Shown one piece after another: positions 12,226 to 23,389 of a stretch of DNA of 64,000 bases. Origin of the DNA: Octopus vulgaris (lineage: Eukaryota); NCBI GenBank assembly GCA_951406725.2, contig OX597815.1:100502001-100566000 (forward strand). The letters are read 5' to 3'. Made by a program: the position numbers and the translations under genes. Below the pieces are notes generated by a model. That model was given only the letters and a program-made list of their open reading frames with translations. It had not been told where the DNA came from and searched no databases. Positions within the stretch are counted from its first letter, which is position 1, and each line of letters opens with the position of its first letter.

Positions 12226-14131
12226 ACCGAACAAACTTTCAACAAACTTCCCAACTATGTCTCACTGCTTCACCAGTGAAGTAGTTTCTAAGCTGGTATG
12301 GTATCTTCAAGCCAGCTTCTCTTGGATTTTTACTTGAACCTCAAACAAATATATATTCATTTCTCTTTCACACTTTTCATGCAACATTTTTATTTTCAGT
12401 TTTCTGACGCAGTGTGTGTTGGAGTGTTTGTTTGTGCATGTTGTTTGTTATTTACACGTACACGTGCATATGTATATTAAAAATTTCAAACTCCACCCAC
12501 TAAATTATTAACATTTTGTTGATAGCAAAACACAGGTATATATATATGGCTCTTTTGTAGAATTAGAGTTTTAGAAATGTGCGTGTATATATATTTGTAT
12601 ATATGATTAAAGTTAACGGCAAATTTTTTTGATGTTTATATTATTTTTTACACGCATATACATATCTATACACACCACACAGACTAGTGTGTGTGTGTAT
12701 ATATTATATACACACATGCATACAGAGAGACATACATATACATACATACATACACACGTACACTAAGTCAGTTACGTAGCTATACAGCTAAATAATATAT
12801 AGGCTTAAATGAACATGTCTAATTGATGAAATATCCATGATATCTGATCGATTAAAAGCATGTCCTCGTGCCTTTTAAACTCTGAGTATCGAACTTATAA
12901 TTCATTCACTTTGTCTTTCAAATTTATGCTGCACATAAATTCACTGAGTACTCGTTTCTTTTGTTTCCAGATATGTATGAATGAGTATGTCACTCATCAC
13001 TTGCCATTCATGAAACTCAACCTCTGTGATAGTTTTGTAATTTCCTACCAATTAAATATATATACACACACACCAAAAAAAAAAAAGTACCCTGTACACT
13101 CTGTAAAGTGGTTGGTATTGGGAAGGGCATTCAGCTGTAGAAACTCATTACAGCCTTCTGGTCCATCAGTTCTTGTCGAACTGCCCAACCTTGCCAGTAT
13201 GTAAAAAAAGACGTCGAATGATGATAAAAATGTATATATATATATATATATATATTATTTTGGTCAAGTCAACTTCTTGCTACTCTGATTTTCACTTGTA
13301 GGCATGCAGGATCTTCAGTTGTTATGTATATGTATTTATGGTAAGAAGCTTGATTCCCAACTACATGGTTCCAGGTGCAGTCCCACTACGTGACACCCTG
13401 GGCAAATCTTTTCTACTATAGCCTTGGGCCAACCAAAGCCTTGTGTGTGGATTTGGTAGACGGGAACTGACAAAAGCCCATTGTGTGTATATATATATAT
13501 ACACACACACACATATGTGTGTGTATAGCTCATTGTATCTATGTTTGTTCTTCCCATCACTCCTTAACCGCTGTCGGTGTGTTACATCCCTATAACTTAG
13601 CAGTTTGGCAAAAGAGACCGATAGAAGAAGTATTAGGCTTAAAAAATAATCCTCGAGTCAATTTGTTCAACTAAAACCCTTCAAGGTGGTACTAAAGTCA
13701 AATGACTGAAACAAGTAAAAGAATATAGATATATATATATAGAGAGAGAGAGAGAGCGCGCACACATATGTGCTCTTCAGTACTGAGTTCTAATTTTTTT
13801 TTTTGTTAATTCCATCAAATCCTGTCTTATATATGTACATATATATATATATGATGTGTATGTGGAATGTAAGGAAATGATTTACAGATTTACAAAGGAC
13901 AAATAAACATGGAAAAACCCTTATCAGCCACAGAGATCAGACTCTGCATGTATAAAGTCCAAGACTACTCTTCTAGTTATAGTGAGATAGGAAATATCAC
14001 TGAGGTGATAGGCAAAAACTAAAAGTAAAACATAATGACATGCAAATGAGATAAAACTACAGGCAGAAACGATGCAGTGACATATGCTATATACATATAT
14101 AAATAAACAAATACATGTGTGTGTGTACATA

Positions 14132-14167
<36 letters not shown>

Positions 14168-14255
14168 CACAATAATAAAAGGGTAAAATTAATTATTAAT
14201 TAATAATTTTACCAAGTAGTGTTCAGTATGTAAAAAGACCATTTACAGTATATTT

Positions 14256-14444
14256 AAAACATTACGTTATATAATTAGGGTTCAGTAAAAAAATTTACTT
14301 TACCACACACTGAACTTTTAGAAATAGCAGCCAAAAAATTTATAGTAGAGGAAATAGCTAAATTTTTTGGCTGCTATTTCTAAAAGTTTGGTGTGTGGTA
14401 AAGTAATTTTTTTACTGAACCCTAATTATATAACGTAATGTTTT
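14256..14444. repeat. Fold-back palindrome (~87-bp arms, 16-nt spacer) between two (TA)n tracts
   Basis: 14256-14342 is the reverse complement of 14359-14444 with about 3 differences. Confidence 0.9.
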
Positions 14445-17400
14445 TTATATATATATATATATACACGTGCGGGTGGTACGTAAAAAGCACCCACTACACC
14501 CACAAAGTGGTTGGCGTTAGGAAGGGCATCCAGCCATAGAAACACTGCCAGATCTGACTAGGCCTGATGAAGCCTTCCGGCTTCACAGACCCCAGTTGAA
14601 CCGTCCAACCCATGCTAGCATGGAAAATGGACGCTAAACGATGATGATGATATACACATGTAGATTTTCAATGAGAAAAAAACAACTTCTTGATGGTAGA
14701 CTCTGTTGCAATCATTCAGGCCAGTTAGACAATACCTTCCATTGGTCTTAGAGGCCATGTAATGGGCCCTGGGCACTACTTTTCCTCCACAGTAAAAGAA
14801 CAAAAAGAAAATACAGGTTTGGTGAGCAACCAGGAGAAATAGAACTGAATACTAAGAGAACATATAAATCTTAATTTTATATATGTTATAGATGCAGGCA
14901 TGACTGTGGTAAGAAACTTGCTTCTCAACCACATGCTTCTGAGTTCAGTCCCACTATGGCACCTTGAGCAAGTGTCTTCTATTATAACCTCAGTGCTAAC
15001 CAAAGCCTTGCAAACTGATTTGGTAGAAAGAAACTGAAAGAAGCCTTTTATATATATGGCAAATCCTACTTTTTTCTGCCAAGGGCTTATATGCCCTAAT
15101 ATTAGACTATTAAACTTTGTCAATACACAGTGATCGCTTATAAACTTTAAAAAAAAAAAATTGTAAAATTCACACCGCTTAGCAAATAATTGCAGATATG
15201 TATATATATGTTTATGTTGCCATAACTTAGCAGTTCAGCAAAAGAGACCAACAGAATAAGTACCAGGATTAACAAAAATAATAAGTACTGGATCGATTCG
15301 TTCGACTAAATGGCTACAGTCTAATGACTGAAACAAGTAAAAGATAAAAGTATATCAGCATACACACTTACACATATCATAGACATATAAATGCATATGC
15401 TGGCTTGTTAATTTCAGAGAATCGTTAATTGCTTGAAATTATGTCCCCTTCTTCTTCAGAGTTGGTTGCAATTGCTACTATGTGATTGCTTACTTTCTCA
15501 AAAGGCAAAGATAATTTCAATAAATCAAGAATTCACCTTTTATGGTATTCAGTATACCCTTTCTCTTCTCACCTTGTTGTCAAGTTATTTCTCTTGGCGC
15601 ATTTTTGTTTTAATTATTTGAATTACTCTAATATATATATATGTAATGCATATAATTATTATTATTATCTGAGGTTCACTTTGCCTTTCATCTTTATTGT
15701 GTAAATGAAATGAAGCACGAATTATATTGGCTCAATGTAATCAACTGTTCTTCCCTCACAAATTTTTTTGGCCTGGTGTCTGTGTTACAATTATTAATAA
15801 TAATTCTGGGCACAGGACCTGAAATTTGTGGGATGGCTGGTGATCAAAATCATTGAATGTAGTACTTGATAATTTATCTTATCAACATCAAAAGAGGAAA
15901 GGCAGAGTTGACCTCAGCAGGATATGAATCAAAAATGTAAAGCGCCAGAACAAATACTGCAGTGCATTTTTTCAATGCTCTAATGATTCTGCCAGCTCAA
16001 TTATTATTTTTATATATTTAATTCAAATTAGAAGCAAAACGAGTGTGATGTTAACCCTTTTGTTACCATGCCTTCATTTCACTTAATTTTGAAAATAGTA
16101 AAGAATTTATTACAATAATTTTGCCATTATTAAAATGGTATTTTAAACATAAATTAATATAAAATTGTAATGGAAAGTTTTTAATTTAGATTACTTTAAG
16201 CAGAGGTGGTCTCAGACAGGTTGGCTTTAAGGTACTGAACAACTGACCTCATAATATCAGGTTTACTTCAGTTTTCTGTATTGTGACTCTGGGCAAACCA
16301 TCTGACAAAGCTTACCACAAGTTCCACCACCACCTACCATTTCATGGTTTAGTAGTCAGAAATACAACATTCTGCTGTAATACTAATTACTTGTTGTGTG
16401 AGAGTATGATGCCCCCTGGCAAGGATGGACTGGACTACTATATATAAATAGTAGCAATCTGAGTAAGTGAGGTTGATAGTTCAAAGTTTGAGTTCAAATT
16501 TTACAGTTCGAGTTAACATGTTGGATTGTTGTTTCTTAAAAGATAATTGTTAGTTCTATGTGGTTACTACTATTTGTTTCAATTATATTGTTATTACACT
16601 GTTGCAGTGTATTCGTTTATCCATAAGGATGTAACATTACTCTAACATATAAAACATCCCACTAATGATGAAATTGATATAAAACACCAAAAACAAATAA
16701 CAAAATCATTCAATTATTTGATGAATTATTCACATAATTTCTCTTGATATTTTTCACTTCATTATCCTTAAATTTTTCTATAGTAAACTCTTATTCTTGT
16801 AAAATAATGATCAGAATTGTATGCTTTATTTCCCTATTGATCAATCATTTTTCCCCCTCATAACAATGTTATCTTCAGCTTCACTTTTTCTTTCTCTCAC
16901 ACTTTTCATTATATTTTTTTACCCCTGTTTCCTATATAACTATTGTCTTCTTCCACAAATCTATTTACAAAATATTTGCCATAGTAATAATTACACTATA
17001 GTTATTTTTATAGTTCAAGCTACTGTGCCCCTCCACCAACACACCTAGCAACTCATAGATCTACCACAAAGTTAATCATCATCATTATTATCATTATCTA
17101 ACATTCGTTAATGATGATCATGATCATGATGATTTAGTTTGTAAGAGATTTATAAATAATTATATTGCCTTGTATCAGAAAGAGGAAGAATTAAATTGTT
17201 ATTGCTATTTTGGAATGTTGTTGTATAGACCAAGGTCAACATTGATCGAGCTTGACTATTTTCCTTGCATGTGATAACCTCCCTATTACCAGTGATAAAG
17301 TTGATCCAATACTCTGTGTAAATTGATTGGTCATAGGAAGGTCATCCAACAACAAAAACCATGCCAAAATGAAAACATTTGAACAATACATATAGACACT

Positions 17401-17479
17401 CAATCCACAGTGCAGTCTACCCATCTAGGAGAATAGTAACTGAATATGAACTGATATACAATCAAAGGGACTTTCTAGT

Positions 17480-18025
17480 TCTCGCATACTTTTCCTTCAT
17501 TGGACACTAAACTCTGCTTGCGATGACCTGTTGAGGCAAGTGAGATCGAAATCAAATTCAATGACTGGTATCCATGCTAGTGGAGCGCTAAGAGCACCAT
17601 CTGAGCATGATCATTGCCAGAGCAGCTAACTGGCTTCTGTGCTGGTGGCATGTAAAAAGTATCATTCAAGCTTGATCGTTACCAGCATCGCCTTACTGAC
17701 ACTTGTGCCGGTGGTATGTAAAAAAACATTCGAGCGAGGTCGTTGCCAGTGCCACTGGACTGGCTCCTGTGCAGGTGGCACATAAAAAACACCATTTGAG
17801 CGTGGCCATTGCCAGTACCGCCTGACTGGCCCTCATGCCGTTGGCACCTAAAAGCACCCACTACACTCTCGGAGTGGTTGATGTTAAGAAGGGCATCCAG
17901 CTGTAGAAACTCTGCCAGATCAGATTGGAGCCTGGTGCAGCCATCTGGTTCGCCGGTCCTCTGTCAAATCGTCCAACCCATGCTAGCATGGAAAGCGGAC
18001 GTTAAACGATGATGATGATGATGAT
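17480..18025 (+). mobile_element. Family B (GAT)n-tailed retroposon copy with internal tandem units
   Basis: Same tail and internal units as 7477-8170, in the opposite orientation. Confidence 0.8.
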
Positions 18026-18232
18026 ACTATAAAACACACTCATTCCACATTGTAAGTACAAGAGTAAGACCACACACACTCACATATATAATTATAAAAT
18101 TCATTTTCAGTGGGTTGGATTTTGCCTCAATACTAATTCAATGAGTTGACTGGTTGAATAAGCTGTCAGATAAAACTTTAATAAAACTCTAAATCACTGC
18201 GAAAATGAATTTTATTATAAACCAGCACTGTG

Positions 18233-18566
18233 CTAGTGCATGCATATACAGCTGCGTGCATGCGTGTGCACATACACACAAGTACTGTCCAAATCTCCGA
18301 CCAATCACATACAGCTAGCTGGCATTCAATTGGCGTATCAAGTTTTGGTCAATTTGATTGGGTTTGGGATAGAAATTCACAAAAAAGTCACTTCTATTGA
18401 TTTTTTAATGGCTTTGCGGGGTGACTGGGGAAATGTAATGGTGTGCACGACCACCCTTGGACCACCTTCTGAATGACCATAGAAAGTGTGAGCCCTCTAA
18501 CTGAAAAATTGTGGATTTGTATAAAGGACACACACACAGACATTTTGTTGTTTATATATAGAGAGA
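18233..18566 (-). mobile_element. Putative non-autonomous Helitron-like element
   Basis: Minus strand starts A|TCTCTCTATATATAAAC and ends in a GCATGCA..TGCATGC hairpin followed by CTAG; no TIRs. Confidence 0.4.
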
Positions 18567-19626
18567 TTTTACTACTTTTAGCACTGAGTCTACTCCTCAT
18601 CAGTAAACGTGTTTTTCTTGAAATTATTTTAAACTAATCATCATGGTTCCTGGTTCAGTCCCACCATGTGGCACCTTAAGCAAATATCTTCTGCTATAGC
18701 CCCAACCAACCAAAGCCTTGTGAGTGGATTTGTTAGACAGAAACTGAGAGAAGCCCATCTTGTGTGTGTGTTACTGTCTCTTTCCCTTGATATCACACAA
18801 TAGTCATAAACAAATGTTTCTGTCATACAAGCAGAGTCCTTCATTCCTGATCTTCTGTGAAAACATGTCCAGACACGGGGAAATATCACCTTACTTGGAA
18901 ACAAGTGAGGGTTGGGGATAGGATGAGCAACTGGCCATAGAAAATCTGCCTCAATAAAATTTCGTCTTGCCCATACAAGCATGGAAAGGTGGACATTAGA
19001 AGGATTCACTTACAACCCTTCTCCCCATAACCCCCACCACCTACTACAGGCCCCTCCAGTTCCTCTTACTATCACTTACTATCTCCAAATATCTCACCTC
19101 ACACTCTTATGGAACATCTCTTCTATCCCTTCTGTACTACTTATACTCCCCTACACACTGTTCCCAGTAGTTAGGTTGTCTCTCTCTCCCTCCCCCTCTC
19201 TCTAACTGTCTCTTTCTGTCACTCATCTTCCTCTCTTTCCTTGTCCTCTGTAGTAAGGCAACTATCTTTGTCCCTCAATAATACTCCACCTTCTCACCTG
19301 GTACACAGCCATTTCTCTGAGTTTCTTTTTCTCTCTCAGTAGATAAATCTTTGTTTTACAAGTTACTTAGCAACCCTGTGAGTACTGGTGCCAAGTGGGA
19401 AAATATCTGTGCTGGCACCACATAAAGAGCATTCAATATACTCAATAAAGTGGTTAGCATTAGGAAGAGCATTCAGCCATAAAAAACAGACAACTGGAGC
19501 CCAGTGAAGCTCTCTGGCTTGCCAGTTCCTGTTAAACCATCCAACTCATGCCAGCATGGAAAACGGACATTACATCATGATGATGTATCTCTCTCTCTCT
19601 TTATTTATATGTATATATATATACAC

Positions 19627-19657
<31 letters not shown>

Positions 19658-19720
19658 TATATTTATATATATATATATATATAGTGAATTGAAGAAATGG
19701 AGTTGAACGAAGATTGAACA

Positions 19721-19830
19721 GAATTCCTTTTATTGCATTCTACACATGTTTCAAAAGCCACAATTTTCCAAATTCTGATTAAATAAGGATACCATATTGT
19801 GGCTTTCTCGTCAGGAAAAAATAGGAATTC
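19721..19830 (-). ncRNA. Type I hammerhead ribozyme in the PLE 3' UTR (pseudo-LTR)
   Basis: GAAUUCCU..UUC-CUGACGA-GAAAGCCACAAU[loop]AUUGUGGCUUUU-GAAA-CAUGUG-UA|GAA..AGGAAUUC. Full catalytic core, 12-bp stem II, palindromic ACAUGU in stem III; predicted cleavage between 19741 and 19740. Confidence 0.85.
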
Positions 19831-20431
19831 CGTTGGCAGAACAAAACAGAACAGAGGCGCAGCAAAGCAATTTGAACGAGGAGGCTCTTTAAGAGCCCAT
19901 GGCTGAACTGTTTATCAATGTACGTTGAAATCGGATGGTGGGTGCGTTGAAGATATTTACAGGTCAGGCGGCGGTCAAATCCAGTAGGTGAGAGCAAGGG
20001 GTGTGGAGATGTTCTGTGTGACCAAAACTAAAATTCTGAATATTTTAAGAATACTGGGTGTATTTTTGGGGGGCGAGACAAAAACTACCTAGAAGCATGT
20101 ATGTGTGTACTGGCCTATGTGTGCGCGGCCGTATGTTGGTAAAAGGCGCTACATAATGGTCACTGCTGAAAAATTCGTCAGGCAGCAGAAAATATTTTTT
20201 GTGTTCGTGTGTTCGTCTAGGCCTGCTTGTCAAAAAATTAACGTCGTCAAAGAATCCTAAGGGTATATAAAATTCCAGCGTTTGCTTCCAAAACAAACCA
20301 CCATTCGCCTAATGGGAGTAATTTCCCCTTGCAAGGGTTATTCATATATTTCTTAAAAAGCTTTTTCAAAAATTATTTCCAAGGATTATTTTCATTTTAG
20401 TAGGGTAACAAGGTGCTAATTGTCTTAGGTA

Positions 20432-21311
20432 TCATTTATAAGCAAGATAAGTATAACGCCACCAATGGGGACATCGAAAAGCCGACTGTAAAAGTCCGTT
20501 TACCAACCGGTCTCTGGCGAACAATATGTGGAAAAGCTCAGAGACACAAAGATTGCACTTCCTTCTGCCCCTATCAAATGGGAGGGCCACCGACAAAATC
20601 GACCATTCCAGCCTGAACCCTGAGTTCGCGTTCTTCAAACGCCATATAAGCTTGCTAAGTCCCGTAGCTTGGTATTTATTCACGTCGCGAAAAGTTGCGA
20701 AATGGTTGGAAATTCGCAAGACCAATTTTGACGATGAGGTCCCGACATACGAGTAGACATCTGAGTCCGTGTAAACCTTACATTGGTAAATGGCATTTCT
20801 GATCTTGGAGTTACTCGACAAGAACCTTATTCTATTGGGATTAGCTTCTGAAATTAGAACTGCGTTACTGTTACTATATTGATTGCGAGAACTGCGGCTG
20901 CTTACTACTTTATATTCCTCAAAGTCACTATTAATTAACGGACTAATCCCTGAGTCTTCCCTATCACTGAGAGCGCTGTAATTGCTAGTATCCGTGGGCC
21001 TGCTATTGCCGGAAACGATGCTGGAGTTGCTATTAGGACTCTCTACATTAATGACCCGAGCTGCGCTCACCTCACTATTGCCATTACTAACGTTAATGAC
21101 ATCACCATTTCTTCTATCGCTACACCTAGTATTTAATCCCTGGTTGGTACTGAGATTATCAGTCACTGTACTGGCTCTCTTATCATTATTACTACTATTA
21201 TTATTCCTACTGAGCGTTAAACTAGGAGCGGACGGAGCTGCGCCTCCGGACAAAGGTGGTAGGGTCTTAATAAGCAGCCTATTATTATGGGAGGCGATTA
21301 TCTGGGAAAGG
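20432..21311 (-). CDS. PLE ORF 3' part: linker plus C-terminal GIY-YIG endonuclease (out of frame with the RT by 1 nt)
   Basis: NAIYQCKV..SYVGTS..LRISNHFATFR..TGLSKLIWRLK..LEWSIL..KCNLCVSELFHIL..LVN..FRCPH. The frame is open upstream through NLSQIIASHNNRLL. Confidence 0.85.
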
Positions 21312-23010
21312 TTTTTGTGTTGGAGAAAGCTATCCTAACTTTATGCGAATTAACCGTGGAGTAATATTTGGAATTTCTGGGGAAGTTACTGGCGATGGCT
21401 TGTCGAAACAGGAGGGGAAGGTTAGTTCTAATCTGCTTACCAAAGGGAATTACAAACCATATATGCTTATTCCTATTTATGTGATGGGTCGGGAAGCCAG
21501 CTCTAACATTAGGGTGGGTGATTATAGGATGAATAACGGGTTTTGGTTTAGTGTGAACTCCCCCGGACCGATAATTATCTTTGTTCCCTAAATTAAATCC
21601 GGAAGTACCTGCTCCAACACTCCCCGCGCTCCCGTCACTACTTAAATTGTTAATGTTATTATAGACGGCCCTATCCTGATGACCAAATGGTGGCATCGGA
21701 AGGGCTGGATCAATATATACTACCTTCTGCCTATAACCGGCTTTGGATAGTGCGGCGTTATAAAATTCCGCTTTCTGCATAAAAATGTCGGCACTAGCGG
21801 ACAAGTTAGACAATCTTAGAGAGATGTTTTTAACCAAATTGTCTGTTACGGTTTTGGCATGATTGGAGAAGACACTGACATACTTCAAATTAGTGGAAGG
21901 CTTATGGTAAGGGCAGTATGAATCGCTATGGAGGTTTAGTGTAACGTCTAGGAAATTAGCCTTGGTGAGTTCATTATCAAAAACTATATTCATGCCCATT
22001 CTATTAAAGAACCTAGCTAACCTATTCTTAGTTTTCTGTACGATTCTGTTTGTGGTGTTTTGCAGGTAAAACAGACAATCGTCCCGATACAGGCCACCCG
22101 CGATATCCGGGAATTGGTCGGACAATTCGTAGAGAATATAGATTCCGACCAAATCGGCTATCTGCGCACTATCCGAACTACCCATAGGCACATCGAATTC
22201 ATTGGGAGTATCTTTACGAATCCACAACTTATTTTCAAACCTTATAAATGATTTTCTGGCAACTAAAATAATATCAATTTCTTCTCTAGTGAGGCCTGCC
22301 TTGTTGTGAGCATGCCAAAGGGCCTTATTTAGTACACTAGGGTTAATCGAGGGGTAGAAGCTGGTGATATCAAACTGAATAAACCTAGTACGGTTCTTAT
22401 TTGGGATGGAAGAGAACCACTTCACTACCTGCGAGGAGTTAGCCCAGAGGCTAAGCTTCAGCTTGTTTTCTAAACTAGGGATATATTTATCTAAAATGTA
22501 CTTACTGATGGTCCCGATATCAGAACTAGCAGGGCATATGAGTCTTAACGCTGGGTTGGTGTAGAAATTCGGTTTATGGTCCTTCACTATAAATCTAGGT
22601 TGCTTAGGGCTAAGTGGCTGCGTTCTCATTTGAATTCCGTATTTAAACATTATTTCCTTAATCTCCAAGTTTACTTTCCTCAATGTACTCCAATTAGTTG
22701 TTCTATAATTCTTCTTGATCTCTTTTCCGAGTAAATCTAGGTACTGTTTAATGGGTAACTTGTATGTGTTCCTGGTCTTGTCGGACTGGACCAGGACTCC
22801 GTCCGATCTATTAATATCCTTGGTAATTTTATCTAGGTATCTGAGGTGATCATTTCTCCTGGGTGACTTCCTGAACTTAATCTTCCTTACGATGTCCCAC
22901 AAGTCATCCTCAAACTTCTTCAGTCTTGGGTTAGCTGGCGGTGTATTCATTGATTTAAAAAGCCCACAATATTCGGACGATGCTGCTGCCCGGTTCGATT
23001 TTAGATCTTC
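21298..23010 (-). CDS. PLE ORF 5' part: reverse transcriptase, N-terminally truncated
   Basis: DKTRNTY, KDHKPNF..LRLICP, FIQFDITSFYPSI, FDVPMGSSDSAQIADLVG, GLYRDDCL, NFLDVTLNL, YHKP..SNH. The GTG start at 23022 in the ORF track lies in the flanking inverted repeat, not in the element. Confidence 0.9.
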   Translation of the reverse strand, partial: EDLKSNRAAASSEYCGLFKSMNTPPANPRLKKFEDDLWDIVRKIKFRKSPRRNDHLRYLDKITKDINRSDGVLVQSDKTRNTYKLPIKQYLDLLGKEIKKNYRTTNWSTLRKVNLEIKEIMFKYGIQMRTQPLSPKQPRFIVKDHKPNFYTNPALRLICPASSDIGTISKYILDKYIPSLENKLKLSLWANSSQVVKWFSSIPNKNRTRFIQFDITSFYPSINPSVLNKALWHAHNKAGLTREEIDIILVARKSFIRFENKLWIRKDTPNEFDVPMGSSDSAQIADLVGIYILYELSDQFPDIAGGLYRDDCLFYLQNTTNRIVQKTKNRLARFFNRMGMNIVFDNELTKANFLDVTLNLHSDSYCPYHKPSTNLKYVSVFSNHAKTVTDNLVKNISLRLSNLSASADIFMQKAEFYNAALSKAGYRQKVVYIDPALPMPPFGHQDRAVYNNINNLSSDGSAGSVGAGTSGFNLGNKDNYRSGGVHTKPKPVIHPIITHPNVRAGFPTHHINRNKHIWFVIPFGKQIRTNLPLLFRQAIASNFPRNSKYYSTVNSHKVRIAFSNTKTFPR

Positions 23011-23064
23011 GTTCTCTAGCACATGATATCAGACCAGGTCACTTGCTATGCAACTACATCTCTG

Positions 23065-23100
<36 letters not shown>

Positions 23101-23155
23101 CAGAGATGTAGTTGCATAGCAAGTGACCTGGTCTGAGATCATGTGCTAGAACGAA
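23008..23155. repeat. Near-perfect palindrome centred on (TA)n at the PLE 5' junction
   Basis: Arms 23015-23067 and 23098-23150 (53 bp, 1 mismatch) flank a self-complementary TA tract. Confidence 0.92.
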
Positions 23156-23389
23156 AACAATTGCATTTAAATTTAAATGTTGAAGTGAATCTAACGGTTT
23201 TTGTGTGTTTCTTAAATGGCTTATAAACACCTTCCACGCTGCAATTGTTATATTTAGCATGGAGAACGGACGTTAAACGATGATGATGATGATGATGATG
23301 AACTTAGAAGATAACTTACATTAGTTTCAGCCATTATCAGCCCAGGCCATGATTAACTCAAAAGCACCACCTGGAAAAGTCTTTTAGTT

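Larger units (their letters stand above)
19684..23010 (-). mobile_element. Penelope-like retroelement (PLE), probably Hydra-type, 5'-truncated, 3' end abutting (TA)n
   Basis: RT ORF plus GIY-YIG ORF, a ~750-nt 3' UTR with a hammerhead ribozyme, and high CpG content relative to the flanks. TA tracts lie at ~19606-19683 and 23066-23099. Confidence 0.9.

Noticed and set aside
14563-14590. CTGATGA followed by a small stem
   Set aside because: Point-mutated part of a family B repeat (other copies read CTGGTGCAGCC); no GAAA.
20160-20190. Second CUGACGA in the PLE 3' UTR (minus strand)
   Set aside because: No stem II/GAAA/UH arrangement downstream.
20982-21338. 118-aa Leu-rich + strand ORF
   Set aside because: Antisense shadow of the Asn/Ser-rich PLE linker.
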